37,652 nt of DNA from Candidatus Peribacteria bacterium RIFCSPHIGHO2_02_FULL_51_15. Its GTDB lineage: Bacteria; Patescibacteriota; Gracilibacteria; Peribacterales; Peribacteraceae. The translations under genes were made by a program, and so were the position numbers. Position 1 is the first letter of the stretch. Each line of letters begins with the position of its first letter. Location: positions 2,910 to 40,561 of the forward strand of contig MFXU01000047.1 of NCBI GenBank assembly GCA_001788965.1, read 5' to 3'. The notes below the pieces were generated by a model. That model had not been told where the DNA came from. It worked only from the letters and a program-made list of their open reading frames with translations, and did not search any database. Of this stretch, positions 1 to 8,661 are shown one piece after another.

Positions 1-852
1 CAGCCCCAGTGTCTGGTAACAATCGGGAATCGTCGGAACCACTACGCGGACTGCGAAAAGGTCTGTGATTTTTTGCAGATCGCTCAGGCTTTTCACGCTC
101 ATTTTCTGAAAGATCGAGTATGGCTGTTTTTCCCGGGCGATTACTTCGGCTCCTATCCCCTCTTTTTTCAGAAAAGCCTGGAGCTGGCCCGACATGCCGG
201 GAAGGAACGAACCGTACTCCTCATGAAGCAGCTTCAGTTGTCCGTCAATATGCACCGAGTCAGTCAGGTAACACTCGGGAAAAGCATGCCGTTCGAGCCG
301 GTACTTGAGCGCGTAAATGCCGAGCCTCGCGGCTACCGGCGCAAAAAGCTGCAATGATTGGCGCGCCAGCCTGGTCCTGAATTCCGGCCGGACGTCACTC
401 AAGTGCTCCATCAAATAGGATTGGACCGCCAAAGCGATCAGCAGAACCCGGATATCATCCGAAACCGATACCAGCATGATTTTCATGTCATCCACCGATT
501 TCCTCCAGTCGCTTGTGTGCAAATGCGACAAAAGATGGATCCGGCTGACAATGTCCCGTACGTTTCTGCCGAAAAGATCCTTTATCTGCTGCAGCGAACA
601 ATCGGGGACTTTCAGGGCATGCTGAAGCAGGCAGGCTATCAGCGCGTCTTCATCCGGACAAAATTCGGACAAAAGCCCGGCGACTTCGCTGGCCTGACGG
701 GTCAAAGTCATTGTCATCAGCTGGCATTGCCGGTCGCCGTATGTCTGCTTTATGAATTTCTGGGCTTTTTTTAAACGTTCCTCGTCAAGCACCGGTACTT
801 GGCGCCGGATCGCTTCCATGGAAGAGCCTGCACTGGACAAACTGGTATCCAT
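1..852 (-). CDS. relA: RelA/SpoT family (p)ppGpp synthetase, N-terminal part (runs off the window start)
   Basis: Absent from the ORF track. Manual translation from ATG 852 (alternative 819) gives ...LFAPVAARLGIYALKYRLE...AREKQPYSIFQKM...ITDLFAVRVVVPTIPDCYQTLGL, which are RSH signature motifs. Confidence 0.9.
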   Translation of the reverse strand, partial: MDTSLSSAGSSMEAIRRQVPVLDEERLKKAQKFIKQTYGDRQCQLMTMTLTRQASEVAGLLSEFCPDEDALIACLLQHALKVPDCSLQQIKDLFGRNVRDIVSRIHLLSHLHTSDWRKSVDDMKIMLVSVSDDIRVLLIALAVQSYLMEHLSDVRPEFRTRLARQSLQLFAPVAARLGIYALKYRLERHAFPECYLTDSVHIDGQLKLLHEEYGSFLPGMSGQLQAFLKKEGIGAEVIAREKQPYSIFQKMSVKSLSDLQKITDLFAVRVVVPTIPDCYQTLGL

Positions 853-907
853 CCGTTGTAGGAATTTGATTTTACCATAACATGCGTAGATTTTTTGCGT
901 TTTTTGG

Positions 908-1137
908 AAAGAAACCGAGGAGTCCGAAGAGTCCGAGGATTTAAAGGAATATATTATAGGAACATCTGAAAAATTGTTAAATTGCTAAATTGTTAAATTG
1001 CTAAGAATGTATAAAACGTGCGTTACGCTTGCGAACAATTTAGCCATTTAACAATTTAACAATTATGTCAGGGTAACAATAAAAAGCAGTTAATCAGAGC
1101 TTCCTATACATAATTCTTCGGTTTCTTCGGTTTCTTT
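908..1137. repeat. Inverted pair of 9-mer tandem arms (GAAACCGAG/GAGTCCGAA ... TTCTTCGGT) enclosing an octamer hairpin element
   Basis: gaaagaaaccgaggagtccgaagagtccgagga at about 908-940 and ttcttcggtttcttcggtttctt at about 1114-1137. Confidence 0.7.
971..1064. repeat. Octamer-armed palindromic element, copy A: (AAATTGYT)n - core - (ARCAATTT)n
   Basis: aaattgttaaattgctaaattgttaaattgct ... aacgtgcgttacgcttgcgaacaatttagccatttaacaatttaacaatt. Related copies at about 16709, 21548 and 36716. Confidence 0.85.
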
Positions 1138-1148
1138 TATAAATCGCA

Positions 1149-1176
1149 TTGACATTTTTCTCCCTATCGTTAAGAT
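1149..1176 (+). promoter_or_regulatory. sigma70-type promoter for rplJL
   Basis: TTGACA-16 nt-TAAGAT. Confidence 0.7.
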
Positions 1177-1182
1177 GTAGCC

Positions 1183-1323
1183 AAGTCCGAAGACCGGAGG
1201 CACTAGGCCTTAGGCTGAAAGTAAGCCCTCCCGAGGAGTACAGCAGCGCTCACCCGGCCCCGGCTTGGTGGATCGTGCCGTGTTCCTCGCTGGTCTCCCG
1301 GACCCTAAGGGAGACCTTTTTTT
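1183..1323 (+). promoter_or_regulatory. Ribosomal protein L10 leader (autoregulatory RNA) with terminator-like hairpin
   Basis: CCGAAGACCGGAGG...CCTCCCGAGG resembles the L10-leader core. It is followed by GGTCTCCC-loop-GGGAGACC-T7 directly before rplJ. Confidence 0.7.
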
Positions 1324-1337
1324 ATTACCCGTGTTTT

Positions 1338-1892
1338 ATGGCTCTTACCAGGCAACAAAAAGAATCCCAGCTAAGTGAGCTGCAAAAGAAAATCCAGGAA
1401 GCCAAATCCGTGATATTTGCCAATTATATCGGGTTGACTGTGGCTGACATTTCCAAGCTGCGCTCGGAATTGAAAAAAGGAAAAGCGGAATTCAAAGTGG
1501 CAAAAAAGACCCTGATCCAGCTCGCGCTGAAACAGCTTAATTCACCTGAGATCAGTCCGGATGCTTTGCCGGGTCCTGTGGCCTGTATTTTCAGCATGGA
1601 GGAACCCGTGAGCGGAGCCGGCATCGCCTTCAGGTTCGGCAAGGACCATACTCAGGTGAAGTTAATTGGCGGACTCTTCGGTAAGCAGGTTCTGTCCGCG
1701 GCGGAAGCAATTGAATTTGCCTCCATCCCTTCGAAGCCCCAGCTCCTGGCCATATTTATGTCGATGTGCAATTCTCCGCTGACCCAGTTTGCCACTACCT
1801 GTTCTTCTCCCCTTTCCGGTTTCGCCCGCGCTTTGAGTGAATTAGCCACCAAACGCTCTGCCAACCCTAACCCTAACCCTAACCCTTCTTAA
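1338..1892 (+). CDS. rplJ: 50S ribosomal protein L10
   Basis: MALTRQQKE...YIGLTVADISKLRSELK...FKVAKKTL...IPSKPQLL. The start is Met64 of the long ORF. Upstream of rplL. Confidence 0.96.
   Translation: MALTRQQKESQLSELQKKIQEAKSVIFANYIGLTVADISKLRSELKKGKAEFKVAKKTLIQLALKQLNSPEISPDALPGPVACIFSMEEPVSGAGIAFRFGKDHTQVKLIGGLFGKQVLSAAEAIEFASIPSKPQLLAIFMSMCNSPLTQFATTCSSPLSGFARALSELATKRSANPNPNPNPS
1863..1886 (+). repeat. (AACCCT)4 encoding the Asn-Pro tail of L10
   Basis: Four perfect hexamer units read directly. Confidence 0.9.
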
Positions 1893-1909
1893 ATTTTCCC
1901 CAAATTTTT

Positions 1910-2302
1910 ATGTCAGATACTTTAACTCTCGCGAAAGAGGAGCAAGCCGTAATCGATGCACTGGAAAAGCTGAATGTCATCCAGCTGAATAACGTCGTCA
2001 AATTCATGGAAAAGCAATACGGCATTTCGGCTGCCGCACCGGTTGCTGCTGCTGCCGCTCCGGCCGCCGCTGCCCCGGATGCAGAGGAGAAATCCTCATA
2101 TGACGTCGAGCTGACCGATGCCGGCGCGCAGAAAATCGCGGTCATCAAGGTACTGCGCGAGCTGACCCAGCTGGGCCTGGGCGAAGCCAAAGAAATGACC
2201 GAGAAAACCCCCGCCATGATCAAGAAAGGCGCAGCCAAGGCCGATGCCGACGCGATGAAGAAGAAGATCGAGGCGGCGGGAGGGAAGGTTACATTGAAGT
2301 AA
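1910..2302 (+). CDS. rplL: 50S ribosomal protein L7/L12
   Basis: Ala-rich hinge, KIAVIKVLRELTQLGLGEAKE, KKIEAAGGKVTLK. Confidence 0.98.
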   Translation: MSDTLTLAKEEQAVIDALEKLNVIQLNNVVKFMEKQYGISAAAPVAAAAAPAAAAPDAEEKSSYDVELTDAGAQKIAVIKVLRELTQLGLGEAKEMTEKTPAMIKKGAAKADADAMKKKIEAAGGKVTLK

Positions 2303-2320
2303 ATCCGGTAAATGAAGTTA

Positions 2321-2347
2321 GAGGTGGCCAAAGCTGCCTCTTTTTTT
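2321..2347 (+). terminator. Intrinsic terminator of rplJL
   Basis: GAGGTGGC-CAAA-GCTGCCTC-T7. Confidence 0.8.
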
Positions 2348-2430
2348 AATGTAAAATGTACAATGTAGAATGAAAATTTTTAAAGGGTTGTTTCCATTCT
2401 AAATTCTACATTTTACATTTTACATTTTTT
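2348..2430. repeat. Heptamer-armed hairpin (AATGTAA)n...(TTACATT)n
   Basis: aatgtaaaatgtacaatgtagaatg ... cattctaaattctacattttacattttacatt. Sister element at 26042-26153. Confidence 0.8.
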
Positions 2431-2433
2431 TCC

Positions 2434-2850
2434 ATGCGTTCCCTTCTCCAGGAATATATATTTCTCATCCCGCTTTTCGTCGGAATTTTCTCCGAAGCTG
2501 TGAAAATCTTCACCGAAGGCATCCAGCGCGGAGCCTGGCACGAAGGTCTGTTCCGCCCCGGTGGCATGCCATCAACACACTCCGCCTTCGTCACGGCGCT
2601 GCTTATCGTCGTGGCGAAAAAGCTCGGCGCGGATTCCACGGAGTTCGCTATCGCGTTCGTTTTTGCCTGCCTGGTCTGGTATGACGCCATCAGTTTTCGC
2701 CATGCTTTGGGCGAACAGGCCAAAGTCTTAAACCGCCTGCAACATTGGGAACATTTCTCGGAACGACTCGGGCATTCACTCAAAGAAGTAGTCGGCGGAA
2801 TACTCTTCGGAGCACTGGTGACGATGCTTGTAATATGGATTTCGGGCTAA
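2434..2850 (+). CDS. Divergent PAP2 family (DUF212) membrane protein
   Basis: GGMPSTHSAFV, YDA...R..GEQA..LN and ERLGHS..EV..G motifs. Confidence 0.92.
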   Translation: MRSLLQEYIFLIPLFVGIFSEAVKIFTEGIQRGAWHEGLFRPGGMPSTHSAFVTALLIVVAKKLGADSTEFAIAFVFACLVWYDAISFRHALGEQAKVLNRLQHWEHFSERLGHSLKEVVGGILFGALVTMLVIWISG

Positions 2851-2858
2851 AAAGAATT

Positions 2859-2893
2859 TCACCTTCCTTACTTTCCTTACATCTCTTACCTTT
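2859..2893. repeat. Short 9-mer (CTTCCTTAC-like) array
   Basis: caccttccttactttccttacatctcttacc. Confidence 0.7.
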
Positions 2894-3055
2894 TCATTCA
2901 AGTCCTCTTGCCATCCTTTAATATTATTGACTTATCACAATTACCTACTCTATAGTTTCCGGTAAGCAAACGCCTTCGTCTCAGTCGATCGGACCATTAC
3001 CGAGGACGCCAGAAAAGAAGGAAGGTTGCGTTCTCTACTTCTTTTTTTTTATTAT

Positions 3056-3358
3056 ATGGCTGATCAGCAGATCACCTGCCGCGACTGCGGTAATGCTTTT
3101 ACGTTCACCGAAGGTGAGCAAGCCTTTTATACCGAGCGTGGGCTCGCGGCACCGCAGCGTTGCAAGGACTGCCGCGTGAAGCGCAAAAACGAGCGGCTCA
3201 GTAACCGCCAGATGTATCCCGCTGTCTGCGCCAAATGCGGCGCGGAATGCGAGGTGCCGTTTAAACCGCGCCCGGAATCCGAAGGAGGCCGGCCGGTTCT
3301 CTGTCTCGCCTGTTTCAAGGCCGAGAAAGAAGCTGCCCCGGCTCAAAGCCCCGCCTGA
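3056..3358 (+). CDS. Zinc-ribbon protein with CxxC-x17-CxxC domain
   Basis: CRDCG..FTFTEGEQAFY...PQRCKDCR and MYPAVCAKCG.ECEVPFKP...RPVLCLACF. Confidence 0.92.
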   Translation: MADQQITCRDCGNAFTFTEGEQAFYTERGLAAPQRCKDCRVKRKNERLSNRQMYPAVCAKCGAECEVPFKPRPESEGGRPVLCLACFKAEKEAAPAQSPA

Positions 3359-3380
3359 TCGCGACAAAAATCCACAAAAG

Positions 3381-3406
3381 AGCCCGGGGAAAACCGGGCT
3401 TTTTTT
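3381..3406 (+). terminator. Intrinsic terminator
   Basis: AGCCCGG-GGAAAA-CCGGGCT-T6. Confidence 0.8.
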
Positions 3407-3420
3407 AAAAAAATTTTCAC

Positions 3421-3510
3421 CTTCCTTACCTTCCTTACCTTCCTTACCTTCCTTACCTTCCTTACCTTCCTTACCTTCCTTACCTTCCTTACCTTCCTTA
3501 CCTACCTTAC
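3421..3510. repeat. Tandem array (CTTCCTTAC)9 plus one variant unit
   Basis: Nine perfect 9-mers at 3421-3501. The variant unit contains the stop codon of the dehydrogenase gene. Confidence 0.95.
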
Positions 3511-4512
3511 CTTTTCCCGTAATGCTTCCACCCCCTTCAAATCACAAACCAAAGTAGATTGCGTCACCCGGTGTACCGGTGTTTCCCCCGCCAGCCATTC
3601 ATTAATCGAATGAAAAGACTCTTTATACATCTTTTGCGTGCTTTCCTCGGCATAAAAAGCGATATGCGGAGTTACCAGCACGTTGGGATGACTGATCAGT
3701 TTTTCATTCCACTGGAAATCTTTTTCATGCTCCAGCACGTCAAGTAATGCATGCGAGATCTTCCCGTCGTCCAGAGCTTTAAGCAGCGCGTTTGAATCAA
3801 TCAGCTCTCCCCGTGCCGTATTGATGATGATTGCCCCCGGTTTCATCTTGTTCAGCGCATGTTCGTTTATCAGGTGGTTTGTTTCCGGGAGAAGCGGCAC
3901 ATGCAGGCTTACTACATCGCTCAAACCCAGTACTTCCTCGAAATCCACATACTTAACCCCAAATTGAGTCTCCAGCTCGATAACCCGGCATTTGTCGCAA
4001 GCCAGGATGTTCATGCCAAATCCGTGTGCGATTTTGGCCGTATTTATGCCGATCTTGCCGGTCCCTATTATCCCCATCGTTTTCCCCATAAGCGCCATCC
4101 CCCTAAGCCCGTGGTAATCGAAATTGCCTTCCCGGACCTGCGCTTTTGCCTCGGTGATCCGGCGCAACGCCGACAAGAGAAGGGCGAATACATGTTCGGC
4201 GATTACATGCGAGCCGTAATCCGGAACATTGCATACCGCGATATTCCGGGCTTTGCATGCATCGAGATCGATGTGGTTGAAACCCACTGAACGGGTGGAA
4301 ATCAGTTTCAGTTTGGGAAGTGACTTTATGACTTCCGCGGTAAATTTTGAATATATGAAACCGCTAACGACATCTTTATCCTTGCAGGCCCGGATGAGAT
4401 CGATTCCGTTCAGAGATTCCGTGCGAATCTCGGCTTTGGGATATTGGTCCAGAACTGTTTTCAGGTCTTCGGAATCGACTTCAAGAAAGAGAATCGAAGG
4501 AGGCGGAGGCAT
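3502..4512 (-). CDS. D-isomer specific 2-hydroxyacid dehydrogenase (D-lactate dehydrogenase-like)
   Basis: RSVGFNHID, GIIGTGKIG Rossmann motif, INTARGELID, TPHIAF. Start set at Met19 because the upstream extension is a translated heptamer repeat. Confidence 0.93.
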   Translation of the reverse strand: MPPPPSILFLEVDSEDLKTVLDQYPKAEIRTESLNGIDLIRACKDKDVVSGFIYSKFTAEVIKSLPKLKLISTRSVGFNHIDLDACKARNIAVCNVPDYGSHVIAEHVFALLLSALRRITEAKAQVREGNFDYHGLRGMALMGKTMGIIGTGKIGINTAKIAHGFGMNILACDKCRVIELETQFGVKYVDFEEVLGLSDVVSLHVPLLPETNHLINEHALNKMKPGAIIINTARGELIDSNALLKALDDGKISHALLDVLEHEKDFQWNEKLISHPNVLVTPHIAFYAEESTQKMYKESFHSINEWLAGETPVHRVTQSTLVCDLKGVEALREKVR

Positions 4513-4518
4513 AGAAAA

Positions 4519-4592
4519 AATTGAGAATTGAGAATTGAGAATTGAGAATTGAGAATTAATTGTCAATTGTCAATTGTTAATTGTTAATTGTT
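4519..4592. repeat. Heptamer array (AATTGAG)n(AATTGTY)n
   Basis: ttgagaa x5, then ttgtcaa/ttgttaa units, between divergent genes. Confidence 0.9.
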
Positions 4593-4650
4593 ATTCTGTT
4601 CACCTTCAAACGATAGCAATCCCCGGTTAATTCGTTTACAATTCCCCCCG

Positions 4651-6246
4651 ATGTCTTTCACAGTCCGACCTGTCCGCGAGGAGAGGAAGTCTGATGTCAG
4701 GTTCAAGAAGTACGTTCTTCTGGCTGCGGCTTTCGTCCAATCGATATTTCATTTGTATCGGTGGAAAAAGGAGCGTAACCAAAAGGAGCGAAAGGAGCTC
4801 AAACGGATCGCTACGCTCAAAAAAACAGTGACAGTGTTGCTCGCCGTCCTTATCGCGTTCCTGCTGATAATCGGGACGCTGCGGGTTCTGCTCCGGTTGA
4901 AAGCTTTTTCTTTGACCGGAATGTTTTCCGCAGTCAGCGCCGATCTCCCCGCGGACGAAAACGGCCATACCAACGTATTGCTGCTTGGCGTCGGCGACTC
5001 CAATCACGATGGCGTTGACCTGACCGACACGATAATGGTGGCCAGCCTGGATCCGGCTAAAACCCGAAGCGCCGTCCTGCTGTCCCTGCCAAGAGATTTG
5101 TACATATTGAATTCGGAAAAAATGGGCAAAGGCCGCATAAACGACCTGTACAGAGACTACAAGTCCTTTCTGATCTCGCAGGGATCCGACAAAGCGAAAG
5201 CCTCCGGTGAAGCCATGAAGCAGCTGGCGAAAGAAATCGGATCCTTTGTCGATTTGCCGATACACGGCGTGATAAAAATAAATTTCTCCGGCTTCACCCA
5301 GGCGGTTGATGCCATCGGCGGCGTGGATGTTTTCGTTCCGGAAGACATAAGTGACCCCGAATATCCGGGGCCGAATTACACTTTTGAGACTTTTGCATTG
5401 ACGAAGGGGCCGCAGCACCTGAGCGGGGAAACGGCGCTGAAATATGTCCGCAGCCGCCATTCGACCAGCGATTTTTCCAGATCGGCGCGCCAGCAGCAGG
5501 TTATGGCCGCAGCCGCAGCCAAAGTGAGGGGAAGCGGACTTTTAAAAAACGCGAGCAAGATGACGGATCTTCTGAGCATAATTTCAAAAAATATGGAAAC
5601 GACCTTCACGACCCGGGAACTTTTCGGCTTGGCCGGCCTGGGCCAGAAAATAGACCAGAAAAAAATTGTTTCGACGCAGCTTTCGGATCAAAACGGCCTG
5701 TATGACGGCCCTGCCGGACGCGGAGGTTTCTTGTATGCGCCTCCCCGCGAACAATTTGAGGGAGCTTCTATCCTGCTGCCGGTCTCCATGCCGGAAATGC
5801 CAGTGACCTGGAAACAGATCAGATCACTCAGCCGTCTGCTTTTTGAAAACCGCGAATTGTTTGTCCGTCCGCCAGCCGTCGCCGTATTGAACGCCGGGGC
5901 CAGAGAAGGATCGGCCAGGAAACTCGCCGGTGAGCTTTACAAGTACGGCTTCAATGTCGTCGATTCACGAAATTTTTTGAAGGGTGACAATCCTTCATTT
6001 GAAAAATCGTTCGTCGCCGTTTACCCTTCCCAGAAAACCGAAGAAGCAACGGAAGAAGCGGCCAATAAGCTTTCCAAGGCAGAGGACAACGCCGATTTTT
6101 TCAAAAAACTTTTCAAATTTTCCTCTCCTTTGTCCACGGTCGACATTGCGGCTTTCGGGGAAAATCCCGCAGATATCATCATCGTTTTGGGCAAGGATTA
6201 CCGTTTCGGCAATCTGCAAGATTTGATTCTCACTTCAACCGAATAA
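4651..6246 (+). CDS. LCP (LytR-CpsA-Psr) family protein with C-terminal LytR_C domain
   Basis: N-terminal TM, NVLLLG, LTDTIMVAS, LSLPRDL, ALKYVRSR...SDFSRSARQQQV, VLNAG...G.A, IIIVLGKD. Confidence 0.93.
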   Translation: MSFTVRPVREERKSDVRFKKYVLLAAAFVQSIFHLYRWKKERNQKERKELKRIATLKKTVTVLLAVLIAFLLIIGTLRVLLRLKAFSLTGMFSAVSADLPADENGHTNVLLLGVGDSNHDGVDLTDTIMVASLDPAKTRSAVLLSLPRDLYILNSEKMGKGRINDLYRDYKSFLISQGSDKAKASGEAMKQLAKEIGSFVDLPIHGVIKINFSGFTQAVDAIGGVDVFVPEDISDPEYPGPNYTFETFALTKGPQHLSGETALKYVRSRHSTSDFSRSARQQQVMAAAAAKVRGSGLLKNASKMTDLLSIISKNMETTFTTRELFGLAGLGQKIDQKKIVSTQLSDQNGLYDGPAGRGGFLYAPPREQFEGASILLPVSMPEMPVTWKQIRSLSRLLFENRELFVRPPAVAVLNAGAREGSARKLAGELYKYGFNVVDSRNFLKGDNPSFEKSFVAVYPSQKTEEATEEAANKLSKAEDNADFFKKLFKFSSPLSTVDIAAFGENPADIIIVLGKDYRFGNLQDLILTSTE

Positions 6247-6253
6247 TATTTAT

Positions 6254-6352
6254 GGAATCAAGAATGAAGGCAGAAATGTTTACCGACCTTTCCCCCTTTT
6301 CTGCCCTTTCTCACTTTGATACCTGATTCTTGATTCTTGATACCTGATTCTT
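6254..6352. repeat. Heptamer repeats (GAATCAA ... TTGATTC/CTGATAC)
   Basis: gaatcaagaatgaa ... ttgatacctgattcttgattcttgatacctgattct. Confidence 0.7.
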
Positions 6353-6356
6353 TTCC

Positions 6357-7313
6357 ATGCTGACACCACGCGAGATCATTGCGCAGGCCTGGACCATAAC
6401 CACGACCGAGCGTTCGTTGAAACGCTGGGGGTTTGTCGGCTCTTTCTTCCGTCTGCTACTGGATATCAAGCTGGTCGCTTATCAGATTTATTTCTCTTAC
6501 GCATTCATGGTGGCCGGCAAGGAAGTGGGGCTCTTTGACGACATCATCTGGGCCTATGACCGCCTGCCTTTCGGGCTGTTTGTAACCTTGTTTGTCGGCT
6601 TCATACTGCTGCTAGGCGTTGAGTTCCTGCTGCCGAGTTTCACCGACGGAGCCATCATCGGCCTCGGAGCCAAGTCTCACAATAAGGAAGAGGTCAAAGG
6701 CGGTTTTGTCCTTGGGATGTACAATTTCTTTCCCATTTTTACGGTACATGAAATTTTCGTATTCAGCGGCCTGAACCTTCTGATCACGGCCGTATCGATA
6801 CTTTTGCGCTACGGAAGCGGACTTCAGGGTTTCCTGATCGTTGTCGCAGTATCCTTGTGGTGCGTATCGGGCATCCTGAAGTTTTTCTCCAATTTCGCCG
6901 AACCGGCGATAGTGATAGACAAGGAAAATGTGTTTATGGCGATCGGCAAAAGCATGAAACTGGTGATCAGTTATCTCTGGCATGTCATATTTCTGGTCAT
7001 GCTGATGCTCATAATCAGTATCCGCATTTTCATAAACACCGTAATCGCCGTCCTCATTCCCGTCGCGGTATTCGGCATCGGGATAGTTCTGACTTACATT
7101 TTCACCCCGGCGGTCAGCTATACCATCGCCGGCATAGTCGGACTGGTTTTGATCTTCATCGCGGCATATTTCTTCACTTATCTGCATGTCTTCAAACAAA
7201 CGGTCTGGACGATCCTCTATATGGAGCTGGTGAAAGAAAAGGAGCTGGACCGGATAGAAATCAAAAATGAGGACGTTATCTTGCCGCAGGTTCAAGCAGT
7301 ACCGCAAATTTAG
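6357..7313 (+). CDS. Polytopic membrane protein, function unknown
   Basis: 318 aa with about 6 hydrophobic segments. Confidence 0.8.
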   Translation: MLTPREIIAQAWTITTTERSLKRWGFVGSFFRLLLDIKLVAYQIYFSYAFMVAGKEVGLFDDIIWAYDRLPFGLFVTLFVGFILLLGVEFLLPSFTDGAIIGLGAKSHNKEEVKGGFVLGMYNFFPIFTVHEIFVFSGLNLLITAVSILLRYGSGLQGFLIVVAVSLWCVSGILKFFSNFAEPAIVIDKENVFMAIGKSMKLVISYLWHVIFLVMLMLIISIRIFINTVIAVLIPVAVFGIGIVLTYIFTPAVSYTIAGIVGLVLIFIAAYFFTYLHVFKQTVWTILYMELVKEKELDRIEIKNEDVILPQVQAVPQI

Positions 7314-7393
7314 GTAAGGAAAGTAAGGGAGGTAAGGGAGGTCATATTTTTTACCTTCCTTACTTTCCTTACTTTCATTACCTTCCTTACCTT
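7311..7393. repeat. 9-mer-armed hairpin (GGTAAGGRA)n...(TTCCTTACY)n
   Basis: taggtaaggaaagtaagggaggtaagggagg ... ccttccttactttccttactttcattaccttccttacctt. Confidence 0.85.
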
Positions 7394-7404
7394 TCTAAAA
7401 TCCC

Positions 7405-7450
7405 TTGACTTGTGAACGATCGTCCACCATTCTGGTGTACGATTGTATCC
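7405..7450 (+). promoter_or_regulatory. lexA promoter with candidate LexA operators
   Basis: TTGACT at 7405-7410, palindrome GTGAAC-GATC-GTCCAC at 7412-7427, weaker GTGTAC-GATT-GTATCC at 7435-7450. Confidence 0.6.
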
Positions 7451-7458
7451 AATCTTTT

Positions 7459-8067
7459 ATGACCCTTACGCCTCATCAAAGAACGGTTCTGAACTATATC
7501 ACTGAATTTCAGAACAAACGCAGCTACTCGCCGTCGCTGGCCGACCTCGCCGTGGCCTTCGGTGTACGCAGCAAGAACTCGGTTGCCAAAGTGGTGAACA
7601 CTCTGGTCCACGAGAAACAGATTGAGAAAGATCCGAAAGGCCGGATAAAAATCATCGCTATGGCTCATTTCGACGACCGGCCCGCTCCCCTGACTCTGCC
7701 GCTCTTCGGTCCCATTGCCGCCGGTTTTGCCGCCGCCGCCGAGCAGGACGCCACGGAACAAATACGGCTCGATCAATATCTGATCAAAGACCGGGCTGCG
7801 ACTTTCCTGCTGCGGGTAAAAGGCGACAGCATGATCAATGCCGGCATCCACGAGGGTGATCTGGTGATAGTTGACCGTACCTTTGAACCCCGGCCAGAGA
7901 ATATCGTTGTCGGCATTATGGACGGCGAATTTACCCTGAAACGCCTGAAGAAAGACAAGGGAAAATATTATCTAAAAGCCGAAAATGACGAATTCCCGGA
8001 TCTGCACGCCCTCGACGAACTGAAGGTGGCGGGAGTAGTGGTGGGGGTGATTAGAAAATATCACTGA
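7459..8067 (+). CDS. lexA: SOS repressor LexA
   Basis: N-terminal winged helix (LT..Q..VL..I...YSPSLADLA), IAAG cleavage site, VKGDSMI Ser, FTLKRL Lys. Confidence 0.95.
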   Translation: MTLTPHQRTVLNYITEFQNKRSYSPSLADLAVAFGVRSKNSVAKVVNTLVHEKQIEKDPKGRIKIIAMAHFDDRPAPLTLPLFGPIAAGFAAAAEQDATEQIRLDQYLIKDRAATFLLRVKGDSMINAGIHEGDLVIVDRTFEPRPENIVVGIMDGEFTLKRLKKDKGKYYLKAENDEFPDLHALDELKVAGVVVGVIRKYH

Positions 8068-8088
8068 GAATTTTTTTCGCCGTATACA

Positions 8089-8184
8089 CCGCGGCCGGGA
8101 ACGTCTGCTGCTGATTTCAATTTTTAAAAGCTTCCTTAGTTTTTAATTGCAAGTTGGTATCAGAGCGGGCGTTCGCGCCCGCGG
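8089..8184. repeat. REP-like inverted doublet (CCGCGGCC...GCTGCTGA family)
   Basis: ccgcggccgggaacgtctgctgctga and inverted tcagagcgggcgttcgcgcccgcgg. Confidence 0.6.
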
Positions 8185-8199
8185 TTTGGATGAGATTCA

Positions 8200-8334
8200 T
8201 ACCACTTCGCGTTTAAAACGTTCTTAATCAGACGCGCTGGCGGTATGGAGTTCTTGGCTTGAGTAAACGCTACGCGGTACGAGATGATGCCGTTACGAAT
8301 GACCGATTAGTTATGTTTTAAATGCAAAATGGTA
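8200..8334 (+). mobile_element. 135-bp MITE copy 1 (TSD TCA)
   Basis: TCA|TACCACTTCGCGTTTAAAACGT...ATGTTTTAAATGCAAAATGGTA|TCA, with 22-bp imperfect terminal inverted repeats. Identical by eye to the other copies. Confidence 0.92.
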
Positions 8335-8526
8335 TCACTTTGCGAATAAACCAGCTGATTCTTTGCTGTTCAAATTTCTCTGCCCTTTCTTTGTGCGCGA
8401 CAAAAAAAAGGGCGAAAGAAAACGCGCGCGCCACAGTCCCTCCTTTGGGCCGCTCTGAACCCCATGGCGCGCACCCACATGGCTCAATTATTTATCGCCA
8501 ACGCAGGTTCTTTTGCTCAAAGCTGA

Positions 8527-8661
8527 TACCACTTCGCGTTTAAAACGTTCTTAATCAGACGCGCTGGCGGTATGGAGTTCTTGGCTTGAGTAAACGCTAC
8601 GCGGTACGAGATGATGCCGTTACGAATGACCGATTAGTTATGTTTTAAATGCAAAATGGTA
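8527..8661 (+). mobile_element. 135-bp MITE copy 2 (TSD TGA), inserted in the last codons of valS
   Basis: TGA|TACCA...TGGTA|TGA. Removing it restores valS ...DERLAQL-stop. Confidence 0.93.

Noticed and set aside
73-774. Plus-strand ORFs 73-357 and 358-774
   Set aside because: They are antisense to the RelA/SpoT gene identified on the minus strand.
3421-3510. Short tandem arrays as CRISPR arrays
   Set aside because: The units are 6-9 nt and contiguous, with no unique spacers.
8155-8166. TGGTATCAGAGC, identical to the plant LTR-retroelement tRNA-Met primer binding site
   Set aside because: It is explained by a relic MITE end (TGGTA|TCA) abutting a REP arm. There is no RT or LTR context.
8200-8661. 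MITE copies 1 and 2 as a composite transposon or CRISPR-like repeat-spacer unit
   Set aside because: Each copy has its own TSD (TCA versus TGA), the repeat is 135 bp, and no cas genes or regular spacers are present.
8527-8661. TA-duplication (IS630-like) model for the MITE
   Set aside because: That empty site would not restore the valS ending or the REP palindrome, whereas the 3-bp TCA/TGA model restores both.
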